From a virus: a DNA stretch of 37,114 nt. Each line of letters starts with the position of its first letter. The stretch's first letter is position 1. A program made the translations under genes and the position numbers. This document shows positions 9,677 to 17,728 of this stretch, in pieces. Location: the UHGV virus genome UHGV-0042115; one strand, written 5' to 3'. The notes under the pieces were generated by a model, which saw only the letters and a program-made list of their open reading frames with translations, did no database searches and was not told where the DNA came from.

Positions 9677-9768
9677 TTACGCGGGTTAACAATTCGTGCT
9701 CTTAATAATACCAGGCATATCAGGCCGATGAACGTAAAAAAACGTTTTACATCAGTAAGATTATTATA

Positions 9769-9788
9769 TACTGTAAATATAAACAGTG
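9769..9788. promoter_or_regulatory. LexA (SOS) box TACTGTAAATATAAACAGTG
   Basis: Perfect CTGT-N8-ACAG dyad; a degenerate overlapping second site GTG-N10-CAG at 9786-9801. Confidence 0.6.
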
Positions 9789-9828
9789 GTTATGTATACA
9801 GTATTGTTTTGGTGTCATAGGAGGAAAG

Positions 9829-9885
9829 ATGCAGGACTATTTTTTGGAGTCTTTGAAGCTCCAGCGCATTGATTTTTTTTCTTAA
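9829..9885 (+). CDS. 18-codon ORF (MQDYFLESLKLQRIDFFS) with strong SD, directly downstream of the LexA box; possibly the 5' part of a split tum-like gene
   Basis: AGGAGG at 9819-9824; ends inside a T8 run; the next frame continues as a 50-codon ORF to 10018. Confidence 0.25.
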   Translation: MQDYFLESLKLQRIDFFS

Positions 9886-10028
9886 GCTTGTAGCGGCTAG
9901 TGAGTGTAGTGATGAAGAGAAGGGGCTGGCTCTGCAGTGGGTTTCTGAATTGACTGATGAACTCATGGCAAAAATCAGAAGCCACGAATACAACCGCTCA
10001 ATGGATGTCATCAGCTGAGGTGACTTTT

Positions 10029-10262
10029 ATGCGCATTGAAATAATGATCGATAAAGAGCAGAAGATTAGCCAGTCTACCCTGGACGCACTTGAATCCGAG
10101 CTTTACCGCAATCTGCGCCCCCTGTATCCCAAAACGGTAATTCGCATTCGCAAAGGTAGCTCTAACGGTGTGGAACTAACCGGACTGCAACTGGATGAAG
10201 AAAGAAAACAAGTGATGAAAATTATGCAGAAGGTGTGGGAGGACGACAGCTGGCTGCATTAA
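10029..10262 (+). CDS. DinI-family protein
   Basis: 77 aa MRIEIMIDKEQ...LDALESELYRNLRPLYPKTVIRIRKGSSNGVELTG...MQKVWEDDSW resembles E. coli DinI; GAGG SD; track ORF starts earlier at 9957. Confidence 0.75.
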   Translation: MRIEIMIDKEQKISQSTLDALESELYRNLRPLYPKTVIRIRKGSSNGVELTGLQLDEERKQVMKIMQKVWEDDSWLH

Positions 10263-10270
10263 GAAATGTT

Positions 10271-10300
10271 GCCCCCAGGAGGATTCATTCTGATGGGGGC
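10271..10300. terminator. GC-rich hairpin (GCCCCCA / TGGGGGC, 16-nt loop) between convergent dinI-like and the acidic-protein gene
   Basis: 7-bp perfect stem; loop is long and the T-tract weak, so terminator function is uncertain. Confidence 0.3.
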
Positions 10301-10454
10301 TAGTTTGGGCAATGAGTGAAATAAGGCGTAAGGTGGGCGGTTATTTTGATAAGTGATCGTCCGCTTTGTGTCAGAAGCAGAAGTGGGAGTGTCTGAGACT
10401 CTCTAAAAGTTGATGATTCACTTACAAAACCATTTTCCTGATGGATGCTTACAC

Positions 10455-10790
10455 TTACGAATGATCATTCTGTTTAGTCTTCATGAGAAAATCCCGAATC
10501 TTTGCCAAGTTTGAATTTTCGGGGATTGAATCCATGTACGGATCACGCTCAAACACTAATTGCTCAGATTCAACGAAAGCCTGCCACTCTAATGGGTCTA
10601 GCTCAAATCCCATTGCTGTCATATCACTTTCATCTTCCCCCTCGATCCAGTGGACTAAATAAAACAATTCATCATCAGGAGAATCATCCTCACCATCAAC
10701 AATATCAACATCGGTTACAGTGATACGTAGGGTGGGATCGATTTTTGAGACATAAATTCCTAACTGTGGTATAGGGGGAATATTGTTCAT
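10455..10790 (-). CDS. Highly acidic 111-aa hypothetical protein
   Basis: Strong SD (AGGAG, 5-nt spacer) before the minus-strand ATG at 10790; ~25% D/E, few basic residues; no recognisable motif. Confidence 0.6.
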   Translation of the reverse strand: MNNIPPIPQLGIYVSKIDPTLRITVTDVDIVDGEDDSPDDELFYLVHWIEGEDESDMTAMGFELDPLEWQAFVESEQLVFERDPYMDSIPENSNLAKIRDFLMKTKQNDHS

Positions 10791-11038
10791 GGAAACTCCT
10801 TTTATTGGTGTTTGCTATTTGAATAAAAATACGCCAAACAGAGTGTTAACTGTGAATATGGAAAGAATCGTTGTAAGTACCCCGCTTAGGTGTCCCATTC
10901 TATTTTAGAGGTTCTCGTGCATATGGATTATGTTATCTGAAAGTTAACTTCCGCTTCCCGTTCACAGCGAACATTCATCTTTGTAAACCCGTATGATCCG
11001 TTTTTCAAGTGGCCATTCAGATACGGATTTTCACTTCC

Positions 11039-11068
11039 TTGACAGTGCATGACTATGCTGCATGAAAT
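11039..11068 (+). promoter_or_regulatory. Promoter-like element (TTGACA, 18-nt spacer, TGAAAT)
   Basis: Consensus -35 with moderate -10, in the long non-coding region upstream of the PRTase gene. Confidence 0.2.
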
Positions 11069-11102
11069 CGCATGATCGATTGAGGATCGTCTTTGCTCAG
11101 AT

Positions 11103-11124
11103 CCGCCAGAACTGGCGGGCTTTT
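11103..11124 (+). terminator. Intrinsic-terminator-like hairpin (CCGCCA GAAC TGGCGG) followed by GCTTTTG
   Basis: 6-bp GC-rich stem, 4-nt loop, 4-U tract on the plus strand. Confidence 0.35.
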
Positions 11125-11318
11125 GCTCATGTCATGCATGTGCATGAAAACCACTGCATAAAGCGGGCAGGCGTGGCGGGGATACGAGCGCGCGCTAACT
11201 CTTGGCTTTGTTTCATAATCAAAAATGTGATCATTGAGATTATTCTTAAATTTGTGTTTGTCTATGAAATATCATTTCGCTTAACATTGTTTGAGTTAGG
11301 ACTACATGAGAATAAAGA

Positions 11319-11894
11319 ATGCTTTTACCCGTAAGTATTACATCGTGTGGCTTGTATCACCCCTACTGGCATTTGGGAGAGCGCAACCCTCATAGCGATG
11401 AACTATCAAGGCAGATGATGGATTTTAAGGATGAAAATAATCGTAATCATCAAAGGGCCATTAACCGTTTTTCTCGATTAGCTATAGATAAGGTTGGGCG
11501 GTTAGTAATCAGAGGTGGCGGTGGGCGTTTTGTTGAGTCTCCTTTTTCGATAGCAGTTGTCCCGTCTCACACTGAAGGCAGAATTTCACCGGCTTTGATT
11601 GAGGTCGCCGAGCGAATCGTAAATGTTCACCGTCGGGGCATTGTTGATTGCTGTTTGGAAAGAACACGCACTGTTCCTAGCGCACATCGTGAAGGTGGAG
11701 ATCGCTCAATTACTGGTCACATGTCTAGTATCAGAGTTAGGGGTGGTAACCTCATGGGGCGAAATGTGTTACTACTAGATGATGTTAAAACAACAGGCGG
11801 TAGTTTGTCTGCGTGTTTTTATTTACTGGAGTCTGCAGGAGCTGGAGTTATAATGCCATTAGCTCTGCTAGAAACTGCAAACTATGAGGAGTAG
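11319..11894 (+). CDS. Phosphoribosyltransferase (PRTase)-domain protein, ComF-like; candidate toxin/effector
   Basis: 191 aa; C-terminal PRPP-binding motif NVLLLDDVKTTGGSL; ATG directly after an in-frame stop. Confidence 0.7.
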   Translation: MLLPVSITSCGLYHPYWHLGERNPHSDELSRQMMDFKDENNRNHQRAINRFSRLAIDKVGRLVIRGGGGRFVESPFSIAVVPSHTEGRISPALIEVAERIVNVHRRGIVDCCLERTRTVPSAHREGGDRSITGHMSSIRVRGGNLMGRNVLLLDDVKTTGGSLSACFYLLESAGAGVIMPLALLETANYEE

Positions 11895-11898
11895 CAAA

Positions 11899-12858
11899 GT
11901 GCACTCAGAAGAATTAAAAAATACACTTGGATTAGCTATTCAAATCGGGAAGCTAGCATCTGATCAAAGTGTATTAAAATTCTTTGAGCTTATCGATTTT
12001 GATGTTATTCGTGATATACGCGACTTAACTGAGATGGTTAATAGCCACGGGTTTCTAAAAGATAAAATATCTGAGACTGATTTTCTAATAGCGAACGCTG
12101 AATTGGAGAACCACCATGTTAATGGTGTGGAGCTAATACCATATGGGTCTGAATTCTATCCTCTTAGTTTAGCTTTTACTCCTAATCCACCATCAATTCT
12201 CTACATAAAAGGGGATAAAAGTATACTCAAAGAATTGCCGGGTGTCGCAATTGTAGGATCCCGTGATACCTCCCCTGCAGGGGAAGAAATAACGAGGCGG
12301 ATCACTAATCAGATAGTGTCTGCTGGGTATATTGTTGTAAGTGGGTTAGCAATAGGCACTGATGCGAATGCTCACAAGGCAACGTTACAGGCAAAAGGAA
12401 AAACCATTGCTGTCTTGGCGCATGGTCTTGAGGAGGCTAAGCCGAAGCAAAACAGTCGACTTGCTCAAGAGATTCTGGATAAAGGTGGTGCATGGATTTC
12501 TGAGTATCCTATGGGTCGGCCGGCCCAGAAACAATCATTTGTACAAAGAAATCGGATACAAGTTGGATTATCTGCAGGTTCAATTTTAATCGAGGCTGCG
12601 TTAAATAGCGGAACGATAACTCAAGCTGAGTTTGCAAATAAGGCGAAAAGACCAGTGTTTGCGGTTGTACCTCACCTACCTAATAATCCGCTTAATCTTA
12701 ATTGTGAGGGAACAGTTGATTTAGTTAAGAGCAACATGGCTAGAGCGCTAAAAACAAAACGGGATTATGATGATGTGATTATGATCATAAATGAGTCCCG
12801 GGAGTATTTGTTAGAGCTAAAATGGCCAGGGAAACAGAGTACATTAGACTTGATTTAA
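11899..12858 (+). CDS. DprA/Smf-like (Rossmann-fold DNA-processing) protein; alternative ATG start at 11884
   Basis: VAIVGSRDTSPAGEEI...VVSGLAIGTDANAH...TIAVLAHGL...YP...FVQRNRIQVGLS...LIEAALNSGT...PVFAVV matches the DprA core; AGGAG SD 7 nt before GTG 11899, just after the PRTase stop. Confidence 0.8.
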   Translation: MHSEELKNTLGLAIQIGKLASDQSVLKFFELIDFDVIRDIRDLTEMVNSHGFLKDKISETDFLIANAELENHHVNGVELIPYGSEFYPLSLAFTPNPPSILYIKGDKSILKELPGVAIVGSRDTSPAGEEITRRITNQIVSAGYIVVSGLAIGTDANAHKATLQAKGKTIAVLAHGLEEAKPKQNSRLAQEILDKGGAWISEYPMGRPAQKQSFVQRNRIQVGLSAGSILIEAALNSGTITQAEFANKAKRPVFAVVPHLPNNPLNLNCEGTVDLVKSNMARALKTKRDYDDVIMIINESREYLLELKWPGKQSTLDLI

Positions 12859-12861
12859 AGC

Positions 12862-12876
12862 GCCTCTTTTAGAGGC
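12862..12876. terminator. Short hairpin (GCCTCT ttt AGAGGC) between convergent DprA-like and portal genes
   Basis: 6-bp stem, 3-nt loop; only 24 bp separate the two stop codons. Confidence 0.3.
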
Positions 12877-12882
12877 ACTTTG

Positions 12883-13908
12883 CTAAATTTGATATCTCTC
12901 GAATTTTATAATTTCTTCACCGCTCCAATGATTAAATTCTTTCATTCTTTTTTGTAATGGTAATAATTCATTTTTCACAAATACCTTACTAGCTTTTTCT
13001 ACATCCCCAAATCCCCCAACATTATTAGGCATTATCCCCATCATTTGTGGCGGCACACGATGCGCTGCCATCATGTCATCCCGACTCACGTTCTTGATGT
13101 TAAGAAATTCATCCTTCGCCGCGACTTCTGACAACGGGATGATCTGAAGCCCGTCCTTTTTGCCGTTAGGCGAGTACATAAACAGGTTGCGGAAGTTGCC
13201 AGGGCCTTTGGCGCTTTTCATCGCATTGCGGAGGTTGTTCACATCCTCCTGGTTCTGCGCGGCATCGGTCATGTACATGATGAAGCCTGCATGACTGCCG
13301 TTAATGTAATACTTCCGGCGGAACAGCGTGGCGGACTCGTTGAGCAGGGCTGACGGAATGGCAGAAAGATAACCTGGCAGGCCGTAGATCTCCTGGTTGA
13401 TGTCCGGTTCCATCAGATGAAAAATGCTGCCTTTCGTGAACTGATACGGCTGGGTTGTCATACCGTATTGCACAAACCAGTAGGTATCCAGGTCTAACCC
13501 GCGTCGGGTGTATTTTGCCAGAGCAGGCTCAAGGGCGATAACTTCACCGAAGCGGTTCGTGCGTTTCTCCAGGTAGGCGTTACCAAATACCAGATAGTCC
13601 TGCACAAAACGTGAAAAAGCCTGCTGGCTGAGCAGCGGGTGAGGGATGTAGGTACTGGTCAGAATATTGCATTTCACCGCAATCGGTGAGCTGTGATGCA
13701 CGGCGGCGCGAAAGGTGCGCGCCAGCCCGTCAAAACTCACTGGCGGCTCATACCATCGATCTGTCTGTACGCATTCCACATAGTCCAGCAGTTCACGGCG
13801 GTCCAGAACAGGAACGGGATCGCCGAAGCTGAATGCTTCGGCTGAACTCTGGCTTTTATGCTGGATCTGATTCATCGCCGCTACGCGGTTTTTTTTACTC
13901 TTTCCCAT
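12883..13908 (-). CDS. Q: Portal protein (P2 gpQ-like)
   Basis: ~340 aa, P2 Q-like sequence and position; minus-strand ATG at 13908 overlaps the terminase stop (ATGA); the track ORF starts one codon upstream at TTG. Confidence 0.88.
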   Translation of the reverse strand: MGKSKKNRVAAMNQIQHKSQSSAEAFSFGDPVPVLDRRELLDYVECVQTDRWYEPPVSFDGLARTFRAAVHHSSPIAVKCNILTSTYIPHPLLSQQAFSRFVQDYLVFGNAYLEKRTNRFGEVIALEPALAKYTRRGLDLDTYWFVQYGMTTQPYQFTKGSIFHLMEPDINQEIYGLPGYLSAIPSALLNESATLFRRKYYINGSHAGFIMYMTDAAQNQEDVNNLRNAMKSAKGPGNFRNLFMYSPNGKKDGLQIIPLSEVAAKDEFLNIKNVSRDDMMAAHRVPPQMMGIMPNNVGGFGDVEKASKVFVKNELLPLQKRMKEFNHWSGEEIIKFERYQI

Positions 13909-15674
13909 CAAAAAATCTCCACAATATTGCTGGTATTGGCGGATTCGCCCTGCAGCGGTTCGTTAAACAATGCGTGCATCGTTGCCCAGGCCAGATCGGC
14001 GTGGCTGGCTTCTTCGCTGCGGCTGGCTTCATAGGTCGGGCGGTTGCCGCTGGCGGTGGTGGCGCGACGGATTGCCATAAAGGACTGCGCTATGTCGGTG
14101 TGCCCGGCGTCAAACTCCAGGCGGCGGTGGCTAATAATGTCGTAGGCCTTGAGTACCAGGGCGTTTTTAACGTTGGGGTTGTAGACAAACTCCCGGACGG
14201 CAGGAAAAAACGCTTTCACGTTCTCGTAAACCCCGTGACCGACGCCGGTTGAGTCGATACCGATGTATGTTACGTTGTACTGTTCAGTCAGTTTTTTGAT
14301 GGCGTCAGCCTGGGCGCGGAAGTCCATCCCGCGCCACTGGTGACGCTCAAGAATGCGGAACTTACCGCCCGGCACGGCTGGCGGTGCCACCACCACGCAC
14401 CCGGCGCTGTCGCCGTTTTGCGTACCTTTTGCCGGGTCATAACCGATCCACACTTCGCGCCAGCCAAACGGGCGCAGGGCCAGTGCATGAAAGTCGCTCC
14501 AGACTTCCCAACTGTCCACCATGCACGCCTGCAGCTCGCTGAGCGGGAACACGGACGCGAGATCGTCCACAAACTCGCACATCAGCAGGTTCTGGTATTC
14601 GTCCGGGCTGTACTCCATGCGCAACTGATCGAGGTCGAAAAGGTTACATCCGCCGCGCACTGCATCTTCCACGGTGACTATCTGGCGGTATTGCCCGTCT
14701 GCGCACAGCAGGCCGGGGGCCAGATTGCTGTGGGACAGGTCGATGTCCACCTTATCGGCTTTGTTACGCCCACGGTTGAACAGCGCACCAGACCAGAACG
14801 GATAAGCACTGTGTGTCAGGCTGGATGGCGTGGAAAAATAGGTTTGTCGCCATTTTTTGTGAATAGCCATACCGGAAGCCACTTTGCGCAGCTCCTGGAA
14901 TTTCGGTATCCAGAAATATTCATCCAGATACAGGTTGCCGTGGTAACTCTGGGCCGTGCGGGCATTGGTGCCGAGGAAGTAAAGCGTGGCCCCGTTGGGA
15001 AGCACCATCGGATCGCCTTTCAGCTCCACCTCCACTTCTTTGGCGAAGTCGATGATGTACTGTTTAAAGACGTGGGCCTGTGCCTTACTGGCGGAAAGGA
15101 AAATCTGGTTACGTCCGGTAAGCAGGGCGTCAATCAGGGCTTCACGGGCAAAGTAAAAGGTCGCGCCGATCTGGCGTGACTTCAGCAGGTTGCGGATGCG
15201 GTTGGTTTTTCCGGCTTCCCACCAGTGGCGCTGGTAGTTGAACATGGAGGAATGGAAGATTTCTTCCAGCTTCTCAATCTGCTCATCGGTGAAAACATTC
15301 TTTTCCGGCTGACGGCGCGGGCCTTTGTTGCGGTTGGCGACGTTAGGGTTTAAGTCGGCTTCGTTGCCGCCATTGTTAAACTTGCCGATCCGCGCGTGGC
15401 GTTCCGACTGGCGCGCCAGCAGGTCAATCTCTTTGAAATCTTTCCCTTCTTTGTGCTCCTTCATAATGAGCTGGCAGTAGCGTGCGGCGGTGGTGAGCTG
15501 CATCTGATCCAGCGGCCCATAGTCACCCCACTTGTCGCGTTTCTTCCAGCTGTGAACGGTTGCAACTTTCTCGCCCAGCATTTCAGCAATGCGGGCTACA
15601 CGGTATCCCTGAAAGTACAGCAGCATGGCCTGCCGACGGGGATCGAGATCTGCGGGTGTCAGTGTGGTGTTCAT
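13908..15674 (-). CDS. P: Terminase large (ATPase) subunit (P2 gpP-like)
   Basis: 588 aa, size and order as P2 P; divergent from the O-N-M-L operon. Confidence 0.88.
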   Translation of the reverse strand: MNTTLTPADLDPRRQAMLLYFQGYRVARIAEMLGEKVATVHSWKKRDKWGDYGPLDQMQLTTAARYCQLIMKEHKEGKDFKEIDLLARQSERHARIGKFNNGGNEADLNPNVANRNKGPRRQPEKNVFTDEQIEKLEEIFHSSMFNYQRHWWEAGKTNRIRNLLKSRQIGATFYFAREALIDALLTGRNQIFLSASKAQAHVFKQYIIDFAKEVEVELKGDPMVLPNGATLYFLGTNARTAQSYHGNLYLDEYFWIPKFQELRKVASGMAIHKKWRQTYFSTPSSLTHSAYPFWSGALFNRGRNKADKVDIDLSHSNLAPGLLCADGQYRQIVTVEDAVRGGCNLFDLDQLRMEYSPDEYQNLLMCEFVDDLASVFPLSELQACMVDSWEVWSDFHALALRPFGWREVWIGYDPAKGTQNGDSAGCVVVAPPAVPGGKFRILERHQWRGMDFRAQADAIKKLTEQYNVTYIGIDSTGVGHGVYENVKAFFPAVREFVYNPNVKNALVLKAYDIISHRRLEFDAGHTDIAQSFMAIRRATTASGNRPTYEASRSEEASHADLAWATMHALFNEPLQGESANTSNIVEIF

Positions 15675-15720
15675 GGCACAAACCTACAGCCTTGAATGAA
15701 GGCTTTCCCCGCCTGCGGTT

Positions 15721-15738
15721 TGTGTGGTAGTCGGTACA
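15721..15738. promoter_or_regulatory. TGT-N12-ACA dyad (Ogr/Delta-type late activator site) in the divergent P/O promoter region
   Basis: TGTGTGGTAGTCGGTACA between P start and O start. Confidence 0.5.
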
Positions 15739-15816
15739 AATACCGCGCATTGTTTCACTGCCCCCATCACCGCAACCATAAGGCTCCAGTAAGTTTTTTC
15801 TAACGGAGCACGGCTC

Positions 15817-16650
15817 ATGACAGTGAAAGTAAAGCGTTTTCGCATCGGGGTGGAAGGTGCCACCACCGACGGACGCGAAATCCAGCGTGAATGGCTGGAA
15901 CAGATGGCAGCCAGCTACAACCCGACGGTGTACACCGCGCTGATTAACCTTGAGCACATCAAGTCTTATCTGCCGGACAGCACCTTTAACCGCTACGGCA
16001 AGGTGACGGCGCTGTTTGCTGAAGAAATCACGGAAGGTCCGCTGGCAGGCAAGATGGCGCTGTATGCCGACGTTGAGCCAACGGAGTCCCTGGTGGAGCT
16101 GGTGAAAAAAGGCCAGAAATTATTCACCTCTATGGAAGTCAGCCCGAAGTTCGCTGATACGGGCAAAGCCTACCTGGTCGGCCTGGCTGCCACTGATGAC
16201 CCTGCCAGTCTGGGCACTGAAATGCTGACATTCAGCGCCAGTGCAGCCCATAACCCGCTGGCAAACCGCAAGCAGAATCCTGCCAATCTCTTTACCGCTG
16301 CAGAGGAAACGGTGATCGAACTGGAAGAAATCCAGGATGACAAACCGTCCCTGTTTGCCCGTGTCACGGCGCTGTTCACCAAAAAAGAGCAGTCCGATGA
16401 CGCCCGGTTCTCTGATGTGCATAAGGCCGTGGAGCTGGTCGCCACTGAGCAGCAGAACCTGAGCGCACGCACCGAAAAATCCCTGTCTGAGCAGGAAGAA
16501 CGCCTGTCTGAACTGGAGACTGCTCTGCAGGAGCAGCAAACCGCCTTTAACGAACTGGTGAATAAGCTGAGTCATGAAGACAGCCGCCAGGACTACCGCC
16601 AGCGTGCAACAGGCGGTAACGCCCCCGCTGACACTCTGACCAATTGCTGA
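15817..16650 (+). CDS. O: Capsid scaffolding protein (P2 gpO-like)
   Basis: 277 aa, position and size as P2 O; SD ACGGAG. Confidence 0.85.
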   Translation: MTVKVKRFRIGVEGATTDGREIQREWLEQMAASYNPTVYTALINLEHIKSYLPDSTFNRYGKVTALFAEEITEGPLAGKMALYADVEPTESLVELVKKGQKLFTSMEVSPKFADTGKAYLVGLAATDDPASLGTEMLTFSASAAHNPLANRKQNPANLFTAAEETVIELEEIQDDKPSLFARVTALFTKKEQSDDARFSDVHKAVELVATEQQNLSARTEKSLSEQEERLSELETALQEQQTAFNELVNKLSHEDSRQDYRQRATGGNAPADTLTNC

Positions 16651-16666
16651 TGGAGCACAAAACCTG

Positions 16667-17725
16667 ATGAAGAAGAATACCCGCTTTGCTTTTAAGGCTT
16701 ACCTGCAGCAGCTGGCGCGTCTGAACGGTGTGGCAGTTGAAGAACTGTCCAGCAAGTTCACCGTGGAGCCGTCTGTACAGCAGACGCTGGAAGACCAGAT
16801 CCAGCAGTCCGCCGCTTTCCTGACGCTGATTAACGTCACGCCAGTGACTGAGCAGTCCGGTCAGCTGCTGGGGTTGGGGGTTGGTAGCACCATTGCCGGA
16901 ACCACTGACACCACCGCGAAAGAGCGTGAACCTGTCGATCCTACGCTGATGGTCGATGTGGAATACAAATGCGAGCAGACCAACTTTGACACGGTACTGA
17001 CCTACGCGAAGCTGGACCTGTGGGCGAAGTTTCAGGATTTCCAGGTGCGTATCCGTGACGCCATCGTGAAACGTCAGGCACTGGACCGCATCATGATCGG
17101 CTTTAACGGCGTGAAGCGTGCGAAAACCTCCAACCGTAGCGAAAACCCGCTGCTGCAGGATGTGAACAAAGGCTGGCTGCAGAAAATCCGTGAAGATGCA
17201 CCGGATCACGTCATGGGCAGCACCACCACGGGCGGTGAAACCACACCGGGCGCGGTGAAAGTCGGCAAAGGTGGCGAATATGCCAACCTGGACGCCGTAG
17301 TGATGGATGCCGTTAATGAGCTTATCGACGTGGTCTACCAGGACGATGACGATCTGGTGGTGATTTGCGGTCGTGAACTGCTGTCTGACAAGTATTTCCC
17401 GCTGGTCAACAAAGAGCAGGAAAACAGTGAAAAACTGGCTGCCGATATGATCATCAGCCAGAAACGCATGGGGGGCCTGCAGGCCGTGCGTGCGCCGTTC
17501 TTCCCGCCGAATGCGCTGCTGATCACCCGTCTGGATAACCTGTCCATCTACTGGCAGGAAGACACCCGCCGCCGTTCAGTTATCGACAACCCGAAACGTG
17601 ACCGGATTGAAAACTTTGAATCCGTTAACGAAGCCTACGTGGTTGAGGACTACCGCTGCGCCGCACTGGTGGAAAACATCCAGATTGGCGATTTCAGCGC
17701 CGCCGCAGCAGAAGCCGGAGCGTAA
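16667..17725 (+). CDS. N: Major capsid protein (P2 gpN-like)
   Basis: 352 aa; position and size as P2 N. Confidence 0.88.
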   Translation: MKKNTRFAFKAYLQQLARLNGVAVEELSSKFTVEPSVQQTLEDQIQQSAAFLTLINVTPVTEQSGQLLGLGVGSTIAGTTDTTAKEREPVDPTLMVDVEYKCEQTNFDTVLTYAKLDLWAKFQDFQVRIRDAIVKRQALDRIMIGFNGVKRAKTSNRSENPLLQDVNKGWLQKIREDAPDHVMGSTTTGGETTPGAVKVGKGGEYANLDAVVMDAVNELIDVVYQDDDDLVVICGRELLSDKYFPLVNKEQENSEKLAADMIISQKRMGGLQAVRAPFFPPNALLITRLDNLSIYWQEDTRRRSVIDNPKRDRIENFESVNEAYVVEDYRCAALVENIQIGDFSAAAAEAGA

Positions 17726-17728
17726 CCC

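Noticed and set aside
9790-10011. 73-codon minus-strand ORF opposite the LexA/tum-like region
   Set aside because: No RBS and antisense to the better-supported plus-strand small ORFs and DinI-like gene.
10791-11318. Retron-like ncRNA or CRISPR array associated with the cargo genes
   Set aside because: No reverse transcriptase gene, no regularly spaced direct repeats, and no msr/msd-like inverted repeats; the repeats seen are short and irregular.
11062-11334. 90-codon plus-strand ORF in the non-coding region upstream of the PRTase gene
   Set aside because: No Shine-Dalgarno, crosses a terminator-like hairpin and ends in the PRTase start; more likely non-coding.
12859-12882. Searched for a P2/186-type cos site between the hotspot cargo and the portal gene
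   Set aside because: Only 24 bp separate the two stop codons and I could not recognise a cos-like sequence; I do not recall the cos sequence for this family well enough to call it missing, so no claim is made.
13833-15179. Plus-strand ORFs (13833-14252, 14340-15179) inside the portal/terminase genes
   Set aside because: Antisense shadows of well-conserved terminase and portal coding sequence; no independent start signals.
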